From: Scyliorhinus canicula
Lineage: Eukaryota
NCBI RefSeq assembly: GCF_902713615.1
Contig: NW_024055450.1
Coordinates: 1 to 64,000, forward strand
Direction of reading: 5' to 3'
Length of the DNA: 64,000 bases
A program made the translations under genes and the position numbers. The notes below the pieces were generated by a model that did not search any database, had not been told where the DNA came from, and worked only from the letters and a program-made list of their open reading frames with translations. Positions 48,790-60,117 of the stretch are shown piece after piece (the first letter of the stretch is position 1; each line of letters begins with the position of its first letter).

Positions 48790-49300
48790 AAGTTAGTTCC
48801 TTTTGAAGGATCCTCCTTCTCCCCTGTCTTCTCCATTCTCATCTCCAAAAACAACTGCGAGGTGCTCGTGGAGATTCTTTGTCATGAAGATTGAGACAAT
48901 CCGATCAGCTGCCTCTGCTGTTTTTCTCCCTTCCTCTAACCCACCAGACAAAACTGTCTCAAAAAAAATGTCCCTTGTCTGAGTCATGAACTCACATCTA
49001 TCTCCAGTTTCTGTCCGGTCTCCTGTCATGTCCTGTTCAATCTCATCTTGTTTACAAAACCTGCCTTCTGCTCCATTGACCCTATTCTCACTAAACCGCT
49101 GACCATCCAACTTCCCCACATTAACTGATATTGTTAACAGTTCTCTCTCTCTTCTGGTGCTGCCCCTCAATTTAAATACACCATCCTCACCCATCCTGTG
49201 AAAACAACCCTTGACCCCCAACTCCTTTGCAAATGACCACCCCATCTCCAACCTCCCTTTCCTCTCCAATTTGGTGTCTCCCAAGAATCTATCCTTGGCC
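48790..49300 (+). mobile_element. Old L2-like LINE ORF2 fragment
   Basis: Remnants of FFVMKIETIRSAASA, DPI.TK and PISNLPFLS with stops and indels. Confidence 0.6.
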
Positions 49301-49329
49301 CCTCCTGTTTCTCATTTACATGATGGCAC

Positions 49330-49785
49330 GAGAATCCATAGAATCACCACAGTGCAGAAGGAGGCCACTCGGCACTTCAAGTTTGCACTGACTGCCTGAA
49401 AGTGGACCCTAGCTAGGCCCACTCCCCCTTCCTCTCCCAATAACACCGCCTAACCTGCACATCTTTGGACTGTAAGAGGAAATCAGAGCACCTGGAGGAA
49501 ACTCACAGATTTGAGGAGTATGCACAAACTACACACACTGTGTGATATTTGCACGTTCTCCCCGTGTCAGCGTGGGTTTCCTCCAGATGCTCTGGTTTCC
49601 TCCCACAGTCCAAAGATGTGCAGGTTAGGTGGATTGGCCATGCTAAGTTGCCCTTTAGTGTCCAATATTCGAGTGGGGTTACGGGGATAGATCGGGGGAG
49701 TGGGCCTAGGTGGGATGATCATTTAGAGGGTCAGTGCAGAATCAATGGGCTGAATGGCCTCCATCTGCACATTGGGGATTCTATT
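49330..49785. mobile_element. Two 5'-truncated SINEs joined head-to-head
   Basis: Minus copy ~49330-49530 and plus copy ~49540-49785, both truncated near the V-like core. Confidence 0.7.
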
Positions 49786-49789
49786 AAAG

Positions 49790-51420
49790 ACAAATGTGGG
49801 TTCATTAGAGGACGAGACAGGATTTATTTATAATGGGGAAGAGGGAAATGGCAGAGAAGCTAAATAATTACTTTGTGTCTGTCTCCACGGAGGAACGTAG
49901 AAAAACCTCCCAGAAATAAGAGAGAAACTACAGTCTAATGGGAATGAGGAACTGAATGAGATGAGTGAAAAAGTAGCACTGGAGAAATTAATGGGATTGA
50001 AAGTTGATAAATACCTGGGACCCGATGATTTACATTGCAGAGTGTCAGAGGAGGTGGCTGTCGACACAGTGGATACGCTGCCGGTCATCTTTCAACATTC
50101 TATAGACTCTGCAGATTAGAGGTTGAAAATGTAATCCCACTTTTTCAGAAATGGGGAAATAAAAGGGGAATGACAGACTTGTTATCCTGACATCAGTAAT
50201 GGGAAAAATACTAGAATCTTTTGCAAAGGATGTATTAACAGCAACATTTAGAAAATAATTAACTGATCTGGGAAATTCAGCATGAATTTCTGAAAGAGAA
50301 ATGATATGTTCCATGGGGCAGCATGGTAGCACAGTGGGTAGCACAGTTGCTTCAAAGCTCCAGGGTCCCAGGTTCGATTATCGACATGGGTCACTGTCTA
50401 TGTGGAGTCTGCATGTTTTCCCCGTGTCTGCGTGGGTTTCCTCCGGGGCTCCGGTTTCCTCCCACAGTCCAAAGATGTGCAAGTTAGGTCGATTGGCCAT
50501 GATAAATTGCCCTTTGTGTCCAAAAAAGGTTCGGTGGGGTTACTGGGTTATGAGGAGAGGGGAGAAGTGTGGGCTTAAGTTGGGTGCTATTTCCAAGGGC
50601 CAGCACAGACTTGATGGGCCGAATGCCCTCCTTCTGCACTGTAAATTCTATGATTCCAAAGCTGTTGAAAGTTTTCTTTAAGAATATTACCACTGTGTCT
50701 GCGTGGGTTTCACCCCACAACCCAAAAATGTGCGGGTTAAGTGGATTGGCCATGCTAAATTGCCCCTTATTTGAAACAAAACATAACTGGGTACTCTACA
50801 TTAATAAAAAAAAAGAATAATGCTGCAAAAGAGATAAGGGAACCAGTGGATGTGGTGCATTTGGATTTTCAGAAGACTTTTGATAAAGTCCAACAGAGGA
50901 GGTTCGGAAACATATGAATGGTGGGTGGGGATATACTGGCACAGATTGAGGAGTCACAGACAACAGCGAGCAGGAATAAATGGATCATTTTCAGCTGGGC
51001 AGACTATGACCAGTGAGGTATTACAAGGATCAGTATTTGGGCTCCAGTTATTCACAATCTGTGTCAATGATGTGGGTGTGGGGACCAAATGCAATATTTC
51101 CATGTTTGCTGATGACTCAAAACTAGGTGAGAATTTGCGTTCTGAGGAGGATGCAAAGAGGATTCAAGAGTATTTGGACAGGATAATGAATGGGCAAGAA
51201 CATGGCAGATGGATGATAATATAGACAAAATATTGTCTATTATATTGTCTAAATATTGGAACGGTGATGTAGTATATTTCTTAAATGGTGAGAGATTGGG
51301 AAGTGCCGATATCCAGAGGGATCTGGGTGTCCTTGTTCATGAGTCACCAAAAGCAGGTGTAGCAAGTGATCAGGAAGGCAAATGGTGTGTTGAACATCAT
51401 TGCAAGAGGATCTGAGTATC
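49790..51420 (+). mobile_element. CR1 fragments with an inserted SINE (50315-50655) and a partial SINE (50690-50790)
   Basis: KVDKYLGPDD, LDFQKTFDKV, QGSVFG and FADDSK remnants. Confidence 0.78.
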
Positions 51421-51453
51421 TGTTGGAATTTATTATCAAGTTAGCAATACTTT

Positions 51454-53025
51454 TTTCAAAGCGCTGGACAAACTCATCATGGCGTTCGTATGGGGGGGTA
51501 AAAATGCTAGGATCCCAAAGAAGGTCTTACAAAAAACAAAAACCAGGGGAGGGCTAGCCCTCCCGAATCTACAATTCTACAACTGGGCAGCAACAGCCGA
51601 GCGAGTAAGGGGATGGATCCAGGAGCCAGAGGCTGAGTGGGTGCGTGCGGAGGAGGCCTCCTGCATGGGAACCTCCCTCCGGGCCCTCGCCACGGCAGCA
51701 CTCCCATCCCCACCCAAAAAACACTCCAGCAGCCCAGTGGTGACAGCCACCCTCCAATCCTGGAACCAACTGCGGCAGCAACTTGGCCTGACCAAAATGT
51801 CGAACAGGGCTCCCATCTGCAACAACCATAGGTTCACACCAGCACTGACTGACGCCACCTTCAAAAGGTGGAGGCAGGACGGGGGGACACTGACAGTCAG
51901 GGACCTATACACGGACGACAGGATCGCAACACTGGACGAACTGACAGAGAAATTTCAGCTAGCTGGGGGGAACGAGCTACGGTACCTGCAGCTCAAAAAC
52001 TTCCTACGAAAGGAGACAAGGACGTACCCACAACCGCCACGACAGACACTACTGGAAGACCTACTGGACGCAAGTATCCTAGAGAAAGGGAACTGTAGTG
52101 ACATGTATGACCGACTGGTAGATAGGGACGACACCGTACTGGACGCAACAAGAAGGAAATGGGAGGACGACCTGGGGATGGAGATAGGGTGGGGACTCTG
52201 GAGCGAAGCACTGCATAGGGTCAACTCCACCTCCACGTGCGCAAGGCTCAGCCTGACGCAACTAAAAGTGGTACATAGAGCCCACTTAACAAGAACCCGT
52301 ATGAGTAGGTTCTTCCCGGAGGTGGAAGACAGATGTGAACGGTGCCAAAGAGGCCCGGCCAACCACGCCCACATGTTCTGGTCTTGCCCCAGACTCGTGG
52401 AGTACTGGACAGCCTTCTTCGAGGTTATGTCCAAAGTGGTGGGAGTGAGGGTGGAGCCATGCCCGATAGTGGCGGTCTTCGGGGTTTCAGAACAGCCAGA
52501 TCTATTCCTGGGGAGGAGGGCGGACGCCCTTGCCTTTGCCTCCCTGATCGCCCGCCGTAGAATCCTGTTTGGCTGGCGGTCAGCAGCACCGCCCAGAGCT
52601 GCGGACTGGCTGTCCGACCTCTCGGAATCTCTCCAAATGGAGAAAATCAAATTTGCCATCCGAGGGTCGGACGACGGCTTCCACAGAACGTGGGAGCCAT
52701 TCATGCAACTGTTCCGGGACCTATTTGTGGCCAATGTACAAGAGGAAGAATAGTCGGGGGAAGGTAGCGGGAGGGGGGGGGGGGCTACAGGTTCGGTACG
52801 GGGGTTCGATGGCTAGCTAAGGCCCAAAACCAAACTAAATAAACATGTTGGGGGGGGGGGGGGGGGGGCGGGCGCAGTTACTACTACGAAGATGCCTACC
52901 TGTAAATATGTATGTTAATTTTTGCGTGTTTGTTTGTTTTTTTTTGTTCTTTTTCTCTCCTAACAATTTGTAATTTGTTCAATATAAAATATGAAAACTG
53001 AATAAAAACATTTATAAAAAAAAAA
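51454..53025 (+). mobile_element. 5'-truncated L1, second family, uninterrupted ORF2 C-terminus
   Basis: Open 424-aa frame 51479-52753 with CERC..H..C knuckle, AATAAA at 53001, A-tail; 16-bp TSD AAGTTAGCAATACTTT at 51438-53 and 53026-41. Confidence 0.95.
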
Positions 53026-53707
53026 AAGTTAGCAATACTTTACTAAAACCAAAACGGTTCAATATCTAAAATCCTGGGCCTTCTGACCTGATCTGGCTTC
53101 GAGCAGAGGAACCAGATTAGAACAATGTGCTGATTACACTCACAGCTCTTTTTAATGTGTCCTCCTTTGAGTATCCAATAATCTCATGGTCTCAATGTGC
53201 AGTCACTTATGTAATAGAAATAAACATTAAATCAACACGCCATTGGTTCCTACTTTCTGAGTGTGTTTAATGGAGTCTGGATGCAGAGAATTCTGTAAAA
53301 ACCACAATGTATATTGAACCTGTTGGGAGGAAACAATCTGTTACAATTTGAAATGAAGTCCAGGATTTCTGTAAAGCTGTGGCTCCATTATCAGCAAAGC
53401 TCTTTTCATCCACGAAGCAGATAAATTACTGAGTGAATCTCTTCCCACACAACCACGACACCTAGAAGGACAAGAGCAGCAGATGTAGGGAACAACACCT
53501 CGTGGTAGTTTCCCTCCAAGCCACACGCCATTCTGACTTGGAAACATACCGCCGTTCCTTCACTGTTGCTGTATCGATATCCTGGAACTCTCTTCCTAAC
53601 AGCGCTGTGGGTGTACCTACACCACATGGACTGAAGAGGTTCAAGAAGGTGGCCCACCTCTGCCTTCTGAGTAAATTTAATGCACCAGTTCTGAAGTGGG
53701 AGCCACT

Positions 53708-53980
53708 CGGGGCAGGTACAACACTTGTCAGGAACAGTGTAAGTCTCTCTCTACACTTTCCCAACAAACACTCCCAAGGTATGTACAGTCCATCTAAGGT
53801 ACAGAACAAAGTTCTCTCCAAATCATCCCATCACAAACTCACGGGGCAAGTACAGCCCAGGATAGGTACAAAGGAAAACTCCCACTACACGTTACATCAA
53901 ACAGTGCCAGAGAGTAGGTACAGCACAGCTTTGATAAGGGTAAAATTCCCGCTGCCCTGCCCCATCAAACACTCCCAGCC
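53708..53980. repeat. Degenerate ~65-bp tandem repeat
   Basis: Recurrent GGTACAGC/AC..CTACAC..CATCAAACACTCCC motifs, about four copies. Confidence 0.55.
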
Positions 53981-54089
53981 CCTAATGAACTGGATTCTGG
54001 GAGGGCATTTACCAGGTAATGGAATGATGTCATAAAGCATCACCATTCAATGGAGCTGGTTCTCTCCTTGTCCCTTTAAAGTGGAAAAC

Positions 54090-55155
54090 GGGAACATCCT
54101 GTCTCCAAACACATCCCACCCTGTTCACACTGAGAACCCCAGGGTGGGGAACTGAGACATCCTGTCGCCAAACACATCCCACCCTGTTCACACTGAGAAC
54201 CCCAAGGTGGGGAACTGGGACATCCTGTCTCCAAACACATCCCGACGTGTTCACACTGAGAATCCCAGGGTGGGGAACTGAGACATCCTGGGCGCGATTC
54301 TCCGCTGCCCACGACGGATCGGAGAATAGCGGGAGGGCGTACCCGACATTTTTCACGCCCACCCGCTATTCTCCCCCCCCCCCCCCCCCCACGGCCGCCC
54401 CACGACATGAATCGCTGCTCGCCGTTTTTTACGGCGCACAGCGATTCTCCCCAGGCCGATGGGCCAAGTGCCCAGGCCTTTACGACCGTTTTTACGGCAG
54501 CAAACACACCTGCTTGCTGCCGTCGTAAAAACGGGCGCAACATGCCCGTCCTGGGCATCCATGGACCCGCGATCGGTGCCCACCGATCGCAGGCAGTGCG
54601 TCCGTAACGGACGCACTCTTTCTCCCTCCGCCACCCTTCAGGATCAGTCCGCGGGGCGGCCGAGGGAGATGACGGCCCTGCGCATGCGCGGGTTGGAGCC
54701 GTCCAATCCGCGCATGCGCGGCTGACGTCATTGTGCGCGTCAGCCGGCGTGACACTTGGTGCGCAGACTTAGCGACGGTCGCTAAGCCCACAATGTCGTG
54801 CTTCACGGGGCCCGCTGCTAGCCCCGCCCGGGGGGGAGAATCGGGTCCCGGGAGGGGGCGCGGACGCTGCCGTGAAACACGGCCAGTTTCATGGCAGCCT
54901 TTATGACTCGCCGCATTTGCGGAGAATTGTGCCCCCTGTCTCCAAACACATCCCACCCTGTTCACACTGAGAACCCCAGGATGGGGAACTGGGACATCCT
55001 GTTTCCAAACACATCCCACCCTGTTCACACTGAGAACCACAGGGTGGGAACTGAGACATGCTGTCTCCAAATAAATCCCACCCTGTTGACACTGAGAATC
55101 CCAGGATGGAGAACTGGAACATCCTGTCTCCGAACACATCCCACCGTGTTCACAT
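54090..55155. repeat. 63-bp minisatellite, about 7 units, split by a MITE
   Basis: CATCCTGT at 54095, 54158, 54221, 54284, then 54995, 55057 and 55120. Confidence 0.92.
54290..54934. mobile_element. Non-autonomous DNA transposon (MITE), PIF/Harbinger-like, 645 bp
   Basis: 16-bp TIR GGGCGCGATTCTCCGC / GCGGAGAATTGTGCCC (two CpG-type mismatches); 3-bp TSD CCT at 54287-89 and 54935-37. Superfamily inferred from the GGG termini and 3-bp TSD. Confidence 0.8.
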
Positions 55156-55400
55156 TGTTTGTTTAACTATCTTTCCCAAATAATTTACACAGCCTCTTAT
55201 TATTTTTGATTTTGAGTCCCTGAACTCTGACAGTGATTGGTAAGTGGACCAGGTCTTTATTGGACATTCATTTCCCTCTTTCCGTGTTTATTGAAGCTAC
55301 AGAGCTTCATATCCTCTTATTTTGTACCTATTGTGGACAATATTTCACTTTATTGCTCTTTGGGTAAATAACGTAAAATTTTGATGTCTTCAGGGTTTTT

Positions 55401-55540
55401 ACAGTAAGAAGTCTTACAACACCAGGTTAAAGTCCAACATGTTTGTTTCAAACACGAGCTTTTGGATCACTGCTCCTTCCTCAGGTGTTGTAAGACTTCT
55501 TACTGTGTTCACCCCAGTCCAAAGCCGGCATCTCCACATC
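55401..55540 (-). mobile_element. Penelope-like terminal-repeat remnant with a perfect 23-bp inversion and a decayed hammerhead
   Basis: ACAGTAAGAAGTCTTACAACACC at 55401-23 is the exact reverse complement of 55484-506; minus-strand core CUGAGGA-A-GGAGC-AGU-GAUCC-AAAA-GCU-C-GUG. Confidence 0.72.
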
Positions 55541-55584
55541 GTAAGAAATAGGAGTCAGCTACGACACCACTACCACTACCTCCT

Positions 55585-55900
55585 GTGAGATAGCAGTGAT
55601 GTAGTGGTATTGTCACTGGACTACTAAACCAGAAATCCAGGGTAATGTTCTATCACCTGGGTTCAAATCCCGCCACTGCAGATGGTGACATTTTAATTAA
55701 ATAAAAATCTGGAATTAAAAGTCTAATGATGACCATGAAATCATTGTCGATTGTCATTAAAACTCAACTGGTTCACTCATGTCCTTTAGGGAAGGAAATC
55801 TGCTGTCCTTACCTGATCTGGCCTCCATGTGACTCCAGACCCACAGCAATGTGGATGACTCTTAACTCCCTCCAGGGCAATTAGAGATGTTCAATAAATA
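55585..55900 (+). mobile_element. tRNA-derived SINE, third family
   Basis: GGGTTCAAATCCC B box and body GTCCTTTAGGGAAGGAAATCTGC..GACTCCAGACCCACAGC; fragments also at ~47310-47370, ~57715-57770 and ~62440-62500. Confidence 0.65.
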
Positions 55901-55989
55901 TGAACAAATTTTTTTTTAAAATCAGTCTATCGAGCCTGCTCCACCATTGAATAAGGTCACTTTACTGCCGACCCCCAAAAGAAGCCTCT

Positions 55990-56690
55990 CCAGTCCAGTC
56001 AGCATCCAGGGATAACTGAGTGAATCCCCTCCTACACTCGGAGCAGGTGAACGGCTTCTCTCCTGTGTGAACTCACAGCTGTAGTGAGGCAAGAAGATTG
56101 TCTGAACCCAGTTCTACAGCGTGAACATGTTAAGGGGGCATCAGTTATCCAGAATTGTTTTAAAACTCCTCACAGTCTGGATATTTAAATGGTCTCTCCC
56201 CAGTGTGAACTCACTGATGTCTCAGCAGATTGGAGGAATGAGCAAATCCCTTCTCACAGTGGAAGTAGGTGAACAGCCTCTCTCCAGTGAGAAATGTTGG
56301 TGCAGCTGCAAGTGGTGTGAGTGTGTCAGCCCTTTCCCACACTGGGAGCAGGTGAATAGTCTCTCCCCAGTGTGAGTGCACTGATGGATTTTCAACTTGG
56401 ATGGGTAATCAAATCCCTTCTCACAGTCTCGACATTCCCATGGTTTCTCCCCGGTGTGACTGCATTTATATACTGGCAGGCCAGATGATTGGCTGAAGCC
56501 TCGTCCACACACAGGACACATGTGCAGTTTCTCTCCACTGTGAACGGTGTTTTTTCCTGCTATGTTCAAAATCTGATGATATTCAGTTTCGATAAATTCA
56601 GTGAGTGTTAGATGCTGATATGATGTTTGGTTTGTGTTTCCTAACTGCAAATCCTCTCTTTCAAAGACCAACTATATTAACACCTATAAC
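55990..56690 (-). pseudogene. Degenerate C2H2-ZNF unit E
   Basis: Track ORF 56222-56671 has the leader EREDLQLGNTNQ.. and ~3 fingers, then a frameshift; further broken fingers continue to ~55990. Confidence 0.85.
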
Positions 56691-56784
56691 TGAGCTGGAG
56701 GTATTTTTCAATTAAGCAGAAACAGACTCGGATGGACATGGTTCAGTCCTGAATATGATCACCAGCAAATTCCAATCACAACAG

Positions 56785-57486
56785 TTACTTATGAGTTCGC
56801 TGGTGTTTCAGCAGGTTGGATGACTGACTGAATCCCTTCCCACATACTGAGCAGGTGAATGGCCTCTCCCCAGTGTGAATATACCGATGTGCAAGTAGGT
56901 GGGATGATTGAGTGAATCCCTTCCCACACTGGGAGCGGGTGAACGGTCTCTCCCCAGTATGAACTCGTTGGTGTCTCAGCAGATTGGCTGACTGAGTGAA
57001 TCCCTTCCCACACTGGGAGCAGGTGAATGGCCTCTCCAGAGTGTGAACTCGCTTGTGTGTCCGCAGGGTGTATGAGTGAGCAAATCTCTTCCCACACTGG
57101 GAGCAGATGAACGGCTTCTCCCCAGTGTGAACCCGTTGGTGTAATGCTAGGTTGGATGACCGATTGAATTCCAACCCACACTGAGAGCAGGTGAATGGCC
57201 TCTCCTGAGTGTGAAGTCGCTGGTGTCTCAGCAGAGTGGATATGTGAGTAAATCCCTTCCCACACTGAGAGCAGGTGAATGGCCTCTCCCCAGTGTGGCT
57301 GCGTCGATGAGTTTCTAGCTGGGATGGGTAATTGAATCCCTTCTCACAGTCCCCACATTTCCATGTCATCTCCCTGTCCTGACTGCAATTATGTTCCGAA
57401 AGGCCAGATGATTGGCTGAAATCTTGTCCACACACACAACACGTGAACGGTTTCCCCCAGCAGCGATTGGTGCTTTTTTCTTCCAT
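56785..57486 (-). CDS. C2H2 zinc-finger protein D, 6 intact and 2 degenerate fingers
   Basis: ATG at 57486 (MEEKST); one finger has C>R and the first lacks its second His; large-exon acceptor TTCACAG|GGTG at 57595; inverted paralog of gene C. Confidence 0.88.
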   Translation of the reverse strand: MEEKSTNRCWGKPFTCCVCGQDFSQSSGLSEHNCSQDREMTWKCGDCEKGFNYPSQLETHRRSHTGERPFTCSQCGKGFTHISTLLRHQRLHTQERPFTCSQCGLEFNRSSNLALHQRVHTGEKPFICSQCGKRFAHSYTLRTHKRVHTLERPFTCSQCGKGFTQSANLLRHQRVHTGERPFTRSQCGKGFTQSSHLLAHRYIHTGERPFTCSVCGKGFSQSSNLLKHQRTHK

Positions 57487-58414
57487 GTTCAAATTACGAT
57501 GATGTTTAGGTTACAATAAATTGGCCGACTCCATCAGATTCTGATATCATTTTCAGTTTCAGTTTCCTGACTGCAAATCCTCCTCTTCTAACACCCTGTG
57601 AAATTCATTTGAGAGCAGAAAAAAGGGAGTGAGAGAGAAACCACAAAAACACAAAGGCAGGTTGTGAAATTGAGCTGAATGAATCTGGTCATTTGTGAGG
57701 CCAGCACTAGGAAAAAGTGACCATGAAAACTGGTTCACGAATGTCCTTCAGGGAAGGGAATCTGCCAAAGTTGAGTCCCACTCACTTACCCATCACTCCT
57801 GTGCTCATTGACCTACATTGGGTACTGGTTAAGCAACATCTCAATGGAACATTCACATCCTTGTTTGCAAATCTTGCTCTATCCTATCTCAGCTGCACAG
57901 ATGTTTAAATCTTCAACCACAGATCAAACAGAAACACTTACATTCAGATCCTGATGAACTGAATGACTGTCAGATTTTGAAGTGAATCTTGGTTGATTTT
58001 TCTGAGGGAGGGAGAGAGCGAGAGAGAGAGCGAGCGAGCGAGCGAGAGAAAGAATGAATTTTATATGTCGAAAGCTGGTAGCCCTCACCCTCCACGGGTG
58101 TTTTGCATTGTTTTTTGAGAGTCACACCAGCTCCAGAGACATGGAACCCCTCACAGGTAACAGAGCAGAGCACTAAAAGCTCAAAATTGTTGAGAAATGC
58201 TTAGAAATACTCAGCTGTGAAGCAATTTCATTGTTTTCAATATTAAAATGTCCCACTGTAGCCTAAAGCTGGAAAGATATCAGCAACTCTGGAGTCGGAG
58301 GAAAAGTTTCCTAGTTGAGGAAATATCCGGGGAACGGGGGGTGATGTCACCGTGCAAGTGTCGGTGCGTGATGACATCACAGACAGGAAGTCAGAACATC
58401 TGGATCTGTGCAAA

Positions 58415-58720
58415 CCATATATTATGGAGGATGTGACGGTCCTTGAGAGAGTGCAGGGGAAACTTAACAGAATAGTTCCAGGAATGAGGGATTTTAGTTG
58501 CAATGTTAGGTTGGAGAAATTGCGGTTGTTCTCCTTGGAGGAACGGAGATTGATAGAGGTACAAGTTTCTGATTGGTCTCGGTAAAGTAGTTAAAGAAAC
58601 GTTGCTCCTTCCAGCTAATTGCAAAAGGATTTCAGGACACAGATTTAAGATTTGGAGCAAGATCTACAGGCTGATATGAGGCAGAAATTTTACACTGAGT
58701 GGTAATGACTTGGAACTCAA
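58415..58720 (+). mobile_element. CR1 3' fragment
   Basis: VLERVQGKL..RLEKLRLFSLEERRL remnant. Confidence 0.7.
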
Positions 58721-58895
58721 TGCTTACACTGAAAGTGCAATAATATCCTGGTCCTGATGAATTGAGTGATGCTGTAGGAGTTTGATGTCAGGGTTCGCTT
58801 GTGTTTCCTGCCTGTAAATCCTTTTCTAATACCCTGAAAATGAAAGTTGCAAAAGCCATCTTTGTCAGTCCAAACAAGAAATTCAGGAAAGAAAA

Positions 58896-59229
58896 GGGGC
58901 CTCACGGTAGCATGGTGGTTAGCATCAATGCTTCACAGCTCCAGGGTCCCAGGTTCGATTCCCGGCTGGGTCACTGTCTGTGTGGAGTCTGCACGTCCTC
59001 CCCGTGTGTGCATGGGTTTCCTCCGGGTGCTCCGGTTTCCTCCCACAGTCCAAAGATGTGCGGGTTAGGTGGATTGGCCATGCTAAATTGCCCGTAGTGT
59101 AAGGTTAATGGGGGGATTGTTGGGTTACGGGTATAGGGTGGATACGTGGGTTTAAGTAGGGTGATCATTGCTCGGCACAACATCGAGGGCCGAAGGGCCT
59201 GTTCTGTGCTGTACTGTTCTATGTTCTAA
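58896..59229 (+). mobile_element. Young tRNA-derived SINE, full length
   Basis: Near-identical to the 17422 copy. Confidence 0.93.
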
Positions 59230-59899
59230 GTAAACCTATTCTTGGTTTGAGTTTGCTTTGCGTAAATCCTCGCTTTCTAACCCCCTGTAAAAGGATTTTC
59301 CAAAGTTAATCACCGTCAGTCCAGGATAGAAATTCACAGCATCGCTCCTCCTGCTCCAGGATGAATGCTCATACTCCCTGCTACACTTTGCCCCTCCATG
59401 TCATCAGCAGTCCCTCTATTCGAGGATGATGTTTACTCGGGGTAGGTTGAGAGATTTGACAGGTTCTTCATGTGACTGGACACAATCATAGATCTCTAGA
59501 CACATGGAGGAGAATAGCCCAGGAGGTAGTGAGAACTGAAAAGCAGAACGTCTTTCTCTTCTCTTCCTGCTCTGCTTCAACAATAAGACGTTGGGACTCA
59601 AAGGCTAATGTAGATTGATGGTTGGCTTCATTCTGAACGTAGGGTAACAAATACCTCCTAAAACAATCACCTCCTTCAACACATCCCAAACGACATGCTG
59701 TTAGGAGAGTTGGACATTCTGAATTCTCCCTCTGTGTACCCGAACAGTGCAGAAGGAGGGCATTCGGCCCATTGAGTCTGCACCAACCCTTCGAATGAGC
59801 GCTCTACCCATTTACATTCCCTCGTCCACCCGCCTTATCCCCATGACCAAGAACCTAACCTGCACATCCCTGGATATTAAGGAGTAATTAAGCGTGGCC

Positions 59900-60105
59900 A
59901 ATCTACGGTAGCACAGTGGTTAGCACTGTTGCTTCACAGCGTCAGGGTCCTAGCTTCGATTCTTGCCTAAGGTCACTGTCTGTGCAGAGTGTGAAGATGT
60001 GATGTTAGGTAATTTGGACATTCTGAATTCTCCCTCAGTGACCCGAACAGGCGCCGGAATGTGGCGATAGGGGATTTTCACAGTAACTTCATTGTGACGT
60101 TAAGG
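59900..60105 (+). mobile_element. SINE, second tail type, internally deleted
   Basis: Head GGTAGCACAGTGGTTAGCAC, then GGACATTCTGAATTCTCCCTC..TTTTCACAGTAACTTCATTG. Confidence 0.7.
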
Positions 60106-60117
60106 ATTATTCTTTTT

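Noticed and set aside
5922-59097. Recurrent small ORFs MVVSINASQLQG.. and ..LTVAWWLASMLHSS..
   Set aside because: They are translations of repeated SINE copies, not a protein family.
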